The notes beneath the pieces were generated by a model that had not been told where the DNA came from, made no database searches, and saw only the letters and a list, made by a program, of their open reading frames with translations. A program made the position numbers and the translations under genes. Shown piece by piece: positions 1 to 9,077 of a stretch of DNA of 64,000 nucleotides. The stretch's first letter is position 1. Each line of letters opens with the position of its first letter. Source of the stretch: an uncultured Gammaproteobacteria bacterium (lineage in GTDB: Bacteria > Patescibacteriota > Microgenomatia > JALYQM01); assembly GCA_964403585.1 (NCBI GenBank), contig CAYOFQ010000001.1, forward strand, positions 584,630 through 648,629, read 5' to 3'.

Positions 1-415
1 TCCACAAACAGTTGCATTGCGACTTCCGGAAAGTTCCTGGGGAAATGGCGGACAACATGCTACCTGGCTTAATAACGAAACCAGTCCGATGTGGGTGGAT
101 ATCTATAAATCAGAGCAGAGATTTGAATCATTAGTTCAGGCAAACCCCAATGCCCGCGGCATGAAAAAGAAATTACTTAATCAGGCTGCCCGTGAACTAT
201 TATTGCTGCAATCCAGTGACTGGCCCTTTCTAATCACGACAGTGCAGGCACGTGATTATGCTGAAAAACGTTTTAAAGAACACGTTGACCGCTTTAATAT
301 TTTATGTGACAGCATCGAAGAAAAAAATTCAACGCATGTCGCGGATCAAACGATTGAAGAAATTTTTGATGTCGATAATATTTTTAAAGAAATCGATTAC
401 ACGGATTTTGCATAA
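1..415 (+). CDS. 5'-truncated CDS, C-terminal end only. Resembles the C-terminal helical (DUF1957-like) region of GH57-family alpha-glucan branching/processing enzymes.
   Basis: The reading frame is open from the window edge (track ORF 17..415). The motif SSDWPFLI...ARDYAEKRF is reminiscent of GH57 C-terminal domains. Assigned from memory only, with no catalytic motifs inside the window. Confidence 0.35.
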   Translation, partial: PQTVALRLPESSWGNGGQHATWLNNETSPMWVDIYKSEQRFESLVQANPNARGMKKKLLNQAARELLLLQSSDWPFLITTVQARDYAEKRFKEHVDRFNILCDSIEEKNSTHVADQTIEEIFDVDNIFKEIDYTDFA

Positions 416-735
416 AGCGGCTTTTTGTTTTTCTTACAATTGTCATACATTTATCCTATTGCAATTATAACAATTTTTGCTACTATGCTTTCGCAATATT
501 AAAACGAAGATGGGGAAATAATTAACATTTCTCTTACTCTCGAAAAGTTTTAACATTACAATTACCTCGCTTATACCCCAAGTCCTGCCGCACACGGAAG
601 ACATCATGTACACATAATGCACATGGGTTTAAGTTTTTCCAGCACTCATATTGTTGAAATATGATATAGCCATACAACTTCAGTACACATAATTCCAAAT
701 GTTCATATCAGACCGTATGCCCGTGCCTTTTATTT

Positions 736-1191
736 ATGAGAAAAAAAATAATCTCAGCAGCAGTAGTAGTTAGTACCATTACCATGTTCGCAATTACATC
801 ACAGCCAAAAACAGCGATTGGCAGTGCCGCGATGACGTTCGGGGATTTCACCAACGACTCCTTTACCCAGCAAACCGCTTTTGTGATGCCAACCATGCAA
901 CCATTCCCGACCCTGAATCTCAATCAGTTGCCAACCATTCAAACGTCGACACCAAAACCAACGGTATCTACAACGCCGAAAGCGACAATTACACCAACCA
1001 CTACCGCCCGTGCCGCATCCCCGACAACTGCAGCAACACCCAAACCAACAACTCAGGCAACCGCCACTGCAGCTCCGTCCAATAACTCATACATTGATCA
1101 GGTAATTTCGCTGGTCAACACCAATACGCCCGCAGAAAGGCACACACATGTCCCCGTGGATCGCAGGCTTCGGAACTCTCACCCCCGATGA
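736..1191 (+). CDS. secreted Thr/Pro-rich protein (signal peptide followed by a TPKPT-type low-complexity segment)
   Basis: N-terminal hydrophobic signal peptide, a long T/P/A-rich tract and elevated GC relative to flanking DNA. Confidence 0.5.
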   Translation: MRKKIISAAVVVSTITMFAITSQPKTAIGSAAMTFGDFTNDSFTQQTAFVMPTMQPFPTLNLNQLPTIQTSTPKPTVSTTPKATITPTTTARAASPTTAATPKPTTQATATAAPSNNSYIDQVISLVNTNTPAERHTHVPVDRRLRNSHPR

Positions 1192-1510
1192 AGGCTTCGT
1201 ACCACCCTATGATGAGAGCCGAATTATCGTGCTCGACTTCGGAGGGCTCGAAGAAATTATTGGGACTGAGATGGATCGGTGGCACGCCAACGTAGTAGGA
1301 TCCCAGTTATGGGCTTCAGGTGATACTGAAACCCTCGCTTGGATCGCTCTCGTGGCGTATTGGAGGCTCCTGTTAATGGATCCTCTTCTGCCGCTGGTCG
1401 TCCCGCAACCACCTGCACAGCCGCCGCCCGCACCCATTGCACCCGCGACGACTACCCAAAGCAAACCGAAGAGGAGGAGACGATCCAATAGGCGGAAACG
1501 CAAAAAGTAA
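1148..1510 (+). CDS. hypothetical protein with a poly-Pro/poly-basic C-terminus
   Basis: 120-aa ORF in a GC-rich block, overlapping the upstream gene by 44 nt. An antisense ORF 1207..1611 also exists; the + strand was preferred because of the flanking + genes. Confidence 0.3.
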   Translation: MSPWIAGFGTLTPDEGFVPPYDESRIIVLDFGGLEEIIGTEMDRWHANVVGSQLWASGDTETLAWIALVAYWRLLLMDPLLPLVVPQPPAQPPPAPIAPATTTQSKPKRRRRSNRRKRKK

Positions 1511-1588
1511 ACAATCTCGAAGTCAGGTCCCTTAACAAGGCATGGAATCACAAATGCTCCGAATTCGAAAGAAAGGAGGTACACCGAA

Positions 1589-1732
1589 GTGTCAGGACCA
1601 GCAGACGACAAACCCGTCGAAGAGCGCCCAACGGGGACTCGCGAATCAGCCGATCAACCAACCCCCACCAACGCTTCCGGCGGCGGCAAGTTCATCGTGA
1701 TCGTTCCAGCAAGTACACCCACGAGTAAGTAG
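1589..1732 (+). CDS. small ORF (47 aa) with a near-perfect Shine-Dalgarno (GAAAGGAGGT-N7-GTG)
   Basis: Not in the ORF track (<60 aa). Hand translation gives VSGPADDKPVEERPTGTRESADQPTPTNASGGGKFIVIVPASTPTSK. It is followed by a 10-bp-stem hairpin. Confidence 0.25.
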   Translation: MSGPADDKPVEERPTGTRESADQPTPTNASGGGKFIVIVPASTPTSK

Positions 1733-1829
1733 CCCGACCACCCCGCGTGCAGAGCTACGGCTCATCATTACGACCGTCGCGCTGCACGCGGCCCCTTCCA
1801 CCATTCAAAGCAACCATGCCTTGTTATTC

Positions 1830-2267
1830 CTATTTATTGAAGTAGAGAACAATCGCCGAACCGGCAAAAATTAATAATCCCCCCAGCAGAGTCATCCGGT
1901 TAACCTGTTGTTTAAACAACAGATACGAAAATAAAGCCACAAAGATAGGGTAACTGATCTCCAGCACCACCGCAGTTGTTGCACCCACATTTTGAATGGA
2001 TTTAAGAATAAGTATATTGGCGATAAAAGTAGCCGGTATCAGTATTAAAAAATACGGGTCCTTGAAGATAGTCAAGTCGGATTGGTGTAAACGAGCAGTT
2101 CCTTTAGCAGCAAATAGCATATACAGAGTAAGAAATACTACCCATAGGAGGTGTTCATAGAAAAGAAATTTCAGTACTGGCATACGCTCCAGAATTTTCT
2201 GATCTATAACGTATACAAATCCCCAAAATACTGAAGCAAGCAAGGCAAAGATAACTCCTAGATTCAT
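1830..2267 (-). CDS. EamA-like small membrane transporter (DMT superfamily, single EamA domain)
   Basis: 145 aa with four or five predicted TM helices and the typical EamA hydrophobic pattern. Confidence 0.55.
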   Translation of the reverse strand: MNLGVIFALLASVFWGFVYVIDQKILERMPVLKFLFYEHLLWVVFLTLYMLFAAKGTARLHQSDLTIFKDPYFLILIPATFIANILILKSIQNVGATTAVVLEISYPIFVALFSYLLFKQQVNRMTLLGGLLIFAGSAIVLYFNK

Positions 2268-2303
2268 ACCGTAACTGTACCAAACTCATGATATACTCGC
2301 TAC

Positions 2304-3413
2304 ATGGACGACCTTAAATCGCAATTACACGAAATCAAAGACCGCTATGAATCGTTATTGCCAAAAATAGACATTCCGGGTAAAGAACAACAATCGCGCG
2401 AACTGGAGTCGCAGACTATTAAGGACGGTTTTTGGGATGACCCGCAGCATGCTTCAAAGATTATGCAGGAACTCTCAACCGTGCAACAGCAGCTCAAAAC
2501 AATCACCGGAATCGGCTCCCGTATCGATGATACTTTTACCATGATCGAGCTCTACACCGAAAATAACCAAACCGCTTCCGATGCTGAAGTGGAAGAAGTG
2601 AGAGCAACTCTCAGGTCACTTATCAAAGAAATCGATGTTCTGGAACTGGAGTTATTCCTTTCAGGAACACATGATAAAGAAGACGCCATACTTTCAATCC
2701 ATGCCGGCCAGGGAGGCACCGAGGCTCAGGACTGGACTGAAATGCTCACACGCATGTATCAGCGGTATTTCGAACGCAAAGGATGGAAATTCGATGTTTC
2801 CGAAATTAGTCCGGGCGATGAAGCCGGCTATAAGTCCATCACCATGTATGTGTATGGCGCCTACGCCTACGGCTATCTGAAGAATGAAATCGGCACACAC
2901 CGCCTGGTTCGGCAATCTCCGTTTAATGCGGACAATCTGCGCCAAACATCTTTTGCTAATGTTGAAGTGCTCCCCCAGCTTGACGACGATATCGACATCG
3001 AAATTAAAGATGATGATATCGAATTTGATGCCTTTCGTTCAGGTGGCCACGGCGGGCAAAACGTTAATAAAGTGTCAACGGCAGTGCGTATAAAACATAT
3101 TCCGACAGGGATCGTGGTCACCTCCTCAAATGAACGATATCAGGGACAAAACCGCGAAAACGCCATGAAATTATTGCGGGCGCGCCTCTGGGAGCTGGAA
3201 GAAGAACGCAAGCGGCTCGGGGTAAAAGAATTAAAAGGGGACTATAAACCAGCCAGTTGGGGCAATCAGGTGCGAAACTATGTGCTGCACCCGTATCAAT
3301 TGGTTAAAGACCTCCGTTCTGGGTACGAAACCAGTCAATCTCAAAGCATACTGGATGGCGAACTCGATGATATAATCGAAGCCGGACTAAAACATTCGCC
3401 CTCATCCGAATAA
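2304..3413 (+). CDS. prfB: peptide chain release factor 2
   Basis: SPF tripeptide anticodon (VRQSPF) and GGQ motif (SGGHGGQNVNK). Full length is encoded in one frame, with no +1 frameshift site. Confidence 0.95.
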   Translation: MDDLKSQLHEIKDRYESLLPKIDIPGKEQQSRELESQTIKDGFWDDPQHASKIMQELSTVQQQLKTITGIGSRIDDTFTMIELYTENNQTASDAEVEEVRATLRSLIKEIDVLELELFLSGTHDKEDAILSIHAGQGGTEAQDWTEMLTRMYQRYFERKGWKFDVSEISPGDEAGYKSITMYVYGAYAYGYLKNEIGTHRLVRQSPFNADNLRQTSFANVEVLPQLDDDIDIEIKDDDIEFDAFRSGGHGGQNVNKVSTAVRIKHIPTGIVVTSSNERYQGQNRENAMKLLRARLWELEEERKRLGVKELKGDYKPASWGNQVRNYVLHPYQLVKDLRSGYETSQSQSILDGELDDIIEAGLKHSPSSE

Positions 3414-3443
3414 CCAGTTCAAGAATAAAAGACCTACAGTAAT

Positions 3444-3473
3444 TTGACATATAACATCCATTTAGTGTATAAT
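3444..3473 (+). promoter_or_regulatory. sigma70-like promoter TTGACA-N18-TATAAT upstream of the 3659 gene
   Basis: Consensus hexamers read directly. They are followed by a long hairpin (about 3566-3605) in the leader. Confidence 0.35.
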
Positions 3474-3658
3474 GCCAAAATCGTACAAAGTATCCTTGCG
3501 ATTGACGCATTGTCCTACCTTATACGACGCGTTTATACGCCAGTAGTACGTTAACAGGATGACTAACCGTATTGGGACGCCTGAGCTCATTTAGTAAGTG
3601 GGCTGAGGCGTCTCAATACTACATTTCAACGAATAATTTTTTAGTGCAGGAGAAACCA

Positions 3659-4705
3659 ATGCACACCAAGTCCACCCGCTTCAAGAACACCGTGTCCATG
3701 CAGGCATTCGTGTCTGCCGTCCGCCTCGCCGTAATCTTCGGTCTGGTTCTCGCCATGTTGGTGTACGTCCGCCCGGCGTGGGCAAGTTGCCCGCCCGACG
3801 AGCGGCCGTGCACCGTAACCGGGGGCACCCGCACTACCAAACCTGCCGATACCGGCACCACCGTGGTGACAGATCCGGCACCGGCCGCCCCCGATGTTGC
3901 GATCAACGTGCCGGCGCAAAGCCAACCCAATGTCACCGTCACGTGCCACGACTTCCCGGCGCCGAGTTTTGACCTGACACCGATTTATCGAGGCGCTGAC
4001 GGGCGACTCAATATTGCGGCGATACCGTGGGAAACTGTTCGCGATTACTTGCCACTGCAGGTAGAGTGGGTAAACACTCACTGGGACTGGCCTTCATTCG
4101 AGGCGCCATGCCCCAACCTGTATTCTCTGGGATACCAGGACAAAGTTGACCTGGAAATCAGAAAGGTCGATCTCGACCGGCTCGCTGCAGAGGCATCCGC
4201 CAACGCCAATCACCAGGAAGAGGAGGAAGCCCAACCCGAGGCCACGGCGCAGCCGGCAGAGGACGACCAACAGGATGGGACCCAGTCGTCAGAGACTGCC
4301 GACTGCTCTGCCGAGCAACGGGCGCTTGCCGAAGCTGAGGCCAAATTAGCGGAAGCTGAAACGGCGCTCACGGCAGCTAATGATGCCTTTACGCAGGCAG
4401 ACATGGACGCCCAGACGGTTGTCGCCGAACGGCTCCAGCTTGAAGCCAGGAAGCAACGGCTCAAGACTGAGCGGGCAACGGCCAACAAGCCCCGGCGGGA
4501 CGAAATCGATCAGGAGATCGCGGACCTCGATTCCGAAATTCAGGAGTATTACCGAACCAAGCAACCCGCCGCGGCCAAGATCAAGAACGACAAGTGGAAA
4601 GAATATCAGGAAGCGCAGAAAGCCCGCGACGCCGCAGCAGATGCTGTAGACGATGCCGCTGAAGCGCTGGAAACCTGCCGAGAAAATCTCACCTCAGCTG
4701 CTTAG
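3659..4705 (+). CDS. secreted/membrane-anchored coiled-coil protein with an acidic EEEE-rich linker
   Basis: AGGAG RBS before the MHTKSTRF start. Ala-rich signal/anchor (AVRLAVIFGLVLAMLVYVRPAWA). The C-terminal half has heptad-like AEAEAKLAEAE repeats. High GC (about 60%). Confidence 0.55.
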   Translation: MHTKSTRFKNTVSMQAFVSAVRLAVIFGLVLAMLVYVRPAWASCPPDERPCTVTGGTRTTKPADTGTTVVTDPAPAAPDVAINVPAQSQPNVTVTCHDFPAPSFDLTPIYRGADGRLNIAAIPWETVRDYLPLQVEWVNTHWDWPSFEAPCPNLYSLGYQDKVDLEIRKVDLDRLAAEASANANHQEEEEAQPEATAQPAEDDQQDGTQSSETADCSAEQRALAEAEAKLAEAETALTAANDAFTQADMDAQTVVAERLQLEARKQRLKTERATANKPRRDEIDQEIADLDSEIQEYYRTKQPAAAKIKNDKWKEYQEAQKARDAAADAVDDAAEALETCRENLTSAA

Positions 4706-4819
4706 TTAATTCGTTGGAAGTCATCCGATGTATTGCTGGTGTCTGGTAGGACATACAAAGAGATTAATTTTCTTTTGTGTGTCCTACCGACCCCATAGCT
4801 AATTTCTTCATTTAAACTT

Positions 4820-4849
4820 TTGCATTATTTAAAAATAATCTGCTATACT
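4820..4849 (+). promoter_or_regulatory. promoter TTGCAT-N18-TATACT placed 8 nt before the ftsE ATG (leaderless arrangement)
   Basis: Hexamers read directly. The -10 ends about 8 nt before the start codon. Confidence 0.4.
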
Positions 4850-4857
4850 GTTGGTGC

Positions 4858-5607
4858 ATGATTAAATTTGAAAATGTAGCCAAAAAATTTCCCGACGGCA
4901 CCTATGGTGTAGTAGATGTAAATCTGGAAATTCCCGACGGGGATTTTCTGTTCATTGTGGGACAAAGCGGTGCCGGTAAAACAACGTTACTGAAACTACT
5001 CACCGGACAACTGCGGCCAACCACCGGGACTATCATGATAGACGAATTAAACGTCGGCAAATTAAAACCAAACAATTTATATAAACTCCGCCGCACTATC
5101 GGTGTCGTGTTTCAGGATTTTAAACTGCTGCCGGATATGACCGTGTATGAAAATGTGGCCTTAGCACTTGAAGTCATTGGGCAACACGAAAAAAAATATA
5201 AATCCACCGTCAACGATTTACTCCAAAAAGTTGGCCTGGCCGGTAAAGAAAATTATTTCCCGGTCCAGTTATCCGGTGGCGAATTGCAACGTATTGCGAT
5301 TGCCCGCGCATTTGCCTCCAATCCTAAAATCCTCATTGCCGATGAACCAACAGGCGATCTTGATCCAAAAACCGCCTGGGAAATTCTTAAGCTATTGGAT
5401 GAAATCAATAAATCGGGAACCACAATATTAATGGCCACGCATAATCACACTATCGTCGACGCCATGCATAAACGCGTTATCACGGTTGACCACGGGCGGA
5501 TTGCCAGCGATGTTAAAGTTGGAACCTATGATGGACCTGAGAAATCAGCTGAACCGGCTGAAGAATCAGTTGGTCCTGAAGTTGAAACAAAAGAGGAACA
5601 AAAATAA
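4858..5607 (+). CDS. ftsE: cell division ABC transporter ATP-binding protein FtsE
   Basis: Walker A GQSGAGKTT, signature LSGGELQR, Walker B ILIADEPTGDLD, plus a short acidic C-terminal extension. Confidence 0.9.
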   Translation: MIKFENVAKKFPDGTYGVVDVNLEIPDGDFLFIVGQSGAGKTTLLKLLTGQLRPTTGTIMIDELNVGKLKPNNLYKLRRTIGVVFQDFKLLPDMTVYENVALALEVIGQHEKKYKSTVNDLLQKVGLAGKENYFPVQLSGGELQRIAIARAFASNPKILIADEPTGDLDPKTAWEILKLLDEINKSGTTILMATHNHTIVDAMHKRVITVDHGRIASDVKVGTYDGPEKSAEPAEESVGPEVETKEEQK

Positions 5608-6548
5608 TGTCACTTAAATATAGTCTGCGCCATATTCGCCGTTCACCGTATCAAACACTCTCTGCTATTTTAATTATGGTTATTACTTTTTTGATGGTGT
5701 CGGTATTTATCTTAATCGCCTTTGTCTCTTCAGGCATTCTGAAACACTTCGAAACCCAACCGCAGATCTCAGCATTTTATCCAAACGAAACTCCGGAGGA
5801 TGAAATCCTGGCTGTTAAAAAACAACTCGAAATGACCAACTTAACCAAAGAAGTTAAATATATTTCCAGCAAAGATGCTGTCGAAATTTATAAAAAAGAT
5901 ACTGCTATCGATAACATCGATCCGAATCTGGACCTTATCAGTGAAAAAGTATTGCCACCTTCACTTGAAATTACTGCCTGGAATCTTGATGACCTTCGTT
6001 CACTAAAGAGCATGGTCGAAAAGAAAGAAGGCGTTAAGGTTGTATACATTGAGGAAATCGTTAATAAACTGGCCAGTTGGTTGAGTGGGCTGCGCACCGG
6101 AGGGCTGGTACTCCTGATCTTACTCGGTATCGAATCGATTCTTGTTGTCTGGACTATCATAGGCATGCGTATTTCACAGCGCAAGCATGAAATTGAAATA
6201 ATGCGCCTGCTTGGTGCTACCACCTGGTATATTCGCTCACCATTTATTCTTGAAGGCGTTTTGTACGGTGTTATCGGCAGTATTCTTGGAGTCCTTATAA
6301 CGGCCGGATTAATGCAGTCGGTGCTGCCGGGGATCATCGCATTCTTAAATGGAATACCAATGACCGAATTATCGCCAGAGAATGCCATCAAAATTTTAAC
6401 TAATGCCAATGAGGTAGCCGGAGTTCCGTTAGCACCGGTTTCACCATTATTTATCCTCATGCTTATGGCCGTTGAAGCAGTTATTGGGGCATTGATTGGT
6501 GCGATTGGCAGTTACTCGGCAGTCGTGAGGAATCTCAAGAGATACTAG
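5607..6548 (+). CDS. ftsX: cell division permease FtsX
   Basis: Start codon overlaps the ftsE stop. One N-terminal TM, a periplasmic domain and three C-terminal TM helices in the FtsX topology. Confidence 0.9.
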   Translation: MSLKYSLRHIRRSPYQTLSAILIMVITFLMVSVFILIAFVSSGILKHFETQPQISAFYPNETPEDEILAVKKQLEMTNLTKEVKYISSKDAVEIYKKDTAIDNIDPNLDLISEKVLPPSLEITAWNLDDLRSLKSMVEKKEGVKVVYIEEIVNKLASWLSGLRTGGLVLLILLGIESILVVWTIIGMRISQRKHEIEIMRLLGATTWYIRSPFILEGVLYGVIGSILGVLITAGLMQSVLPGIIAFLNGIPMTELSPENAIKILTNANEVAGVPLAPVSPLFILMLMAVEAVIGALIGAIGSYSAVVRNLKRY

Positions 6549-6565
6549 TATTTTACCCTATAGTA

Positions 6566-6594
6566 TTGACTATAAACCATAGAACTGATATACT
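6566..6594 (+). promoter_or_regulatory. promoter TTGACT-N17-TATACT placed 8 nt upstream of the ATG at 6603 (leaderless)
   Basis: Hexamers and spacing read directly. Confidence 0.45.
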
Positions 6595-6602
6595 CCGTTA
6601 CT

Positions 6603-7289
6603 ATGATCGTTCAACCTGAGCAGGCCAGTCGATTTTCTGGGTTTACAGCTCGAGAAAATACCTATCCATGGCTAGGTAATGCCTTTGATAAGGTCATAAC
6701 TCCTGGTCAAAAAGCGAAAATCCGCGCAGTACTCTCAATCGGTGGTGGTAATTCAGGCGCCGAAGCCGTTGCGTTACGCCAATGGGTCGGCAAACGAACC
6801 CCAATCACTGTGGTTGATCTTCAGCCGGCTGACCGCATTGCCGAGGAGCTTCACTCCAAACACCGCATTAGATATATCCAGGCCGAATGGTTTGATACGA
6901 TTACCGACGAAAACAATACCCTTATTCAGGATGCGGACCTCATTGTCTGTCGTCATCCACCGATTGAAGGGGGCACTCCGGTTACTTTAATGGATGAGGG
7001 AGTACCGAAGCCTGCGATCAGAGTATTAGTACAGGATGAAGATTTCTTTTACCGCCTTACCGGGCTTGCACAAGCGATCGCTATGACACGGAGTGCTATT
7101 GCGCAACACCTGGTGATTACTACCTGGAACTCGATGCCCGACACCCTGCTTCGCGCTAAATTCTCGCAACATGAAATCCCATATCGCCGGGTTGTCTTTA
7201 ATGGAGGAAGAACCTATCGCATGGATATAGCCGATATCCCTTCCGAAATTCAGGAAGACCACTATTTGCTGCATGTCCAATCACGGTGA
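6603..7289 (+). CDS. hypothetical protein, possibly Rossmann/SAM-methyltransferase-like fold
   Basis: Gly-rich motif VLSIGGGNSG, acidic residue after beta2 (VVDLQ) and an ADLIV motif-III-like segment. Weak evidence. Confidence 0.45.
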   Translation: MIVQPEQASRFSGFTARENTYPWLGNAFDKVITPGQKAKIRAVLSIGGGNSGAEAVALRQWVGKRTPITVVDLQPADRIAEELHSKHRIRYIQAEWFDTITDENNTLIQDADLIVCRHPPIEGGTPVTLMDEGVPKPAIRVLVQDEDFFYRLTGLAQAIAMTRSAIAQHLVITTWNSMPDTLLRAKFSQHEIPYRRVVFNGGRTYRMDIADIPSEIQEDHYLLHVQSR

Positions 7290-7601
7290 TAGTATTTCTA
7301 ATAGGCTAAAATGTCCATTTTTTGTCCATAACCTATAGTATTATTTGCTATAATGTCACAACTTGATTGAAAAATAAGCTGTTTGAGGCTTATATTTTCA
7401 TGAGAAGTCTTAAACGAGTTCAGTTTCTCGTAAGTTCTTTAACAAGAGACAGAGTAAATAACCATCTAAACCACGCTCAAATGCGGGGTATGTTTAGTCA
7501 GGATTACCTGGCTATTCGCACCCCGCACTTGACAAATGAATTTGATCGGCTTGCTCACGAAAGTGAGGATTGCGGCAAGCCATAAAGTAAGGAGTTGAGA
7601 C

Positions 7602-7889
7602 ATGAAACGTCTCACACCCGGTACGGTAAAACTGCTTGCCGTCATGCTTGTGTTGGTGCTGGCGCCGGTTAGTTTTTCTACGCAGCCGGTCGAGGCCGCA
7701 TCAACCTTCGCTCCAGGAGATCGGCTATGTCCGGTCTACAACCCGGATGGATCGATTTCTTTTTGGGAGGATTGCACCCCAGACCCGCTACTGCCTTCGA
7801 ACGACCAACCAGCTTATCCAAATCTTTCGAATGATGACGGTGGTTACCACCTGCACCACGCGAAGTTGAAAACCACTTCCATTGGTTAG
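7602..7889 (+). CDS. small secreted Cys-motif protein (paralog of 8274..8879)
   Basis: AAGGAG RBS, signal peptide, and the conserved module PVEAAS-F-GD-CP-YNPDG-SFW-DC-P. Confidence 0.55.
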   Translation: MKRLTPGTVKLLAVMLVLVLAPVSFSTQPVEAASTFAPGDRLCPVYNPDGSISFWEDCTPDPLLPSNDQPAYPNLSNDDGGYHLHHAKLKTTSIG

Positions 7890-7891
7890 GC

Positions 7892-8272
7892 GTGATATAC
7901 ATTGACGGAATGACACGCGAAGATACAATTCATTTGCGAGACATCCTCATTCAGTATCAGGATAGTTTCGGATTGGGTAATAGCCATGTTAATGCCGATA
8001 AAAACGCATTAGACATCCGCTTAGCCGAACTAAATGCCCAAGAAGAAAAAACGCCTGAACCTACACCTTCACAAACTACTGAAGACGTTTGTGAATTTTA
8101 CAGCCGAGTTATTGATCAATACGAAAAGGAGGTCATGGACGCCTATTACGACAAAACTGACGCCAGTTCTGAAAAGGACTATCGTGCCGCCAATTCGCGA
8201 CTCATTCAAGCTGAAAACCAGCTTGACTACTGGACTCGAGAGGCGAAAGAAGCCGGTTGTTGGGATAGTTAA
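7892..8272 (+). CDS. hypothetical acidic cytoplasmic protein (GTG start), middle gene of a three-gene operon
   Basis: Starts 3 nt after the upstream stop and ends 1 nt before the next start. No signal peptide. Confidence 0.45.
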   Translation: MIYIDGMTREDTIHLRDILIQYQDSFGLGNSHVNADKNALDIRLAELNAQEEKTPEPTPSQTTEDVCEFYSRVIDQYEKEVMDAYYDKTDASSEKDYRAANSRLIQAENQLDYWTREAKEAGCWDS

Positions 8273-8273
8273 C

Positions 8274-8879
8274 ATGGAGCAAAAACTCATGAATAGACAC
8301 AGTTCCATTGTGGCAAAAGCCGCGGGAATCCTTTTCCTACTGTTAGCATTGTTCGTGCCGGTCAATATGTTTACTCGCCCTGTTGAGGCGGCCCCCGCCT
8401 TTGATGTTGGAGATCCACACTGTCCGATCTACAATCCGGACGGGACAGTTTCCTTTTGGGGGGATTGTGGGCCACCAGCCAGTCCTGACTCCTCGAACTT
8501 AGGAAGCCCCGTCTACCGTGACCGTTCGTACTGCGAACAATTACTAAACAACTTCGCAGGGGACTATGTAATGTTCCAGGCGTCGAAGGATCAAGTTCGT
8601 TGGGCGCGATACGACTTGCACTTAGCTGAGATGAACTACCGGGAGGCGGTCAGTGATTACAACATGCTGGTCAGCCTAAATGCTCCAGCATGGGCAATTG
8701 AATCCGCCAGAATGGTAATGGCCGATGCTAACAGTGATGTTGGCGTACAAGGGGTACGTTTAGGCGTTGCCCGGACACAGCAAACAATCGCCAAAAGTAG
8801 AGCGGTGAGTTCACTCGCTTTATACAGAGAAAAGTGTGACGCAACATACCCCGAGCCAGATTGGACCGAGGAGCCATAA
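8274..8879 (+). CDS. secreted Cys-motif protein (paralog of 7602..7889) with an additional C-terminal domain
   Basis: Internal start MEQKLMNRHSS, signal peptide, and the same RPVEAA-F-GDPHCPIYNPDGTVSFWGDCGP module. Confidence 0.55.
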   Translation: MEQKLMNRHSSIVAKAAGILFLLLALFVPVNMFTRPVEAAPAFDVGDPHCPIYNPDGTVSFWGDCGPPASPDSSNLGSPVYRDRSYCEQLLNNFAGDYVMFQASKDQVRWARYDLHLAEMNYREAVSDYNMLVSLNAPAWAIESARMVMADANSDVGVQGVRLGVARTQQTIAKSRAVSSLALYREKCDATYPEPDWTEEP

Positions 8880-9077
8880 GCAATAGTTAAACCGACTTTG
8901 AACTAACCGACGGCACTACAAGCTATGTCGTTCATAGCTACCGGCGATCGTCGCCCTCTGTAGTGCACCGTCTTCGGAAGTGCAATCTTCACTTTCTAAA
9001 GTACTCTGTCTCTTGAATAATTTTCTTCATTTTATCAATATCACCTGTAAACACACAAATTACTTCCGCTTTAGCCC

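Noticed and set aside
1207-1611. 134-aa ORF on the minus strand antisense to 1148..1510
   Set aside because: It sits in a GC-rich stretch where antisense ORFs arise easily and is discordant with the plus-strand context (upstream plus gene and a downstream SD-led small ORF). Kept the plus-strand call, at low confidence.
5888-6460. 190-aa minus-strand ORF inside ftsX
   Set aside because: Fully antisense to a well-supported FtsX CDS. Low-complexity S/R/I-rich translation.
7367-7585. 72-aa ORF in the leader upstream of the 7602 operon
   Set aside because: No RBS or -10/ATG spacing. The region is better explained as a structured 5' leader.
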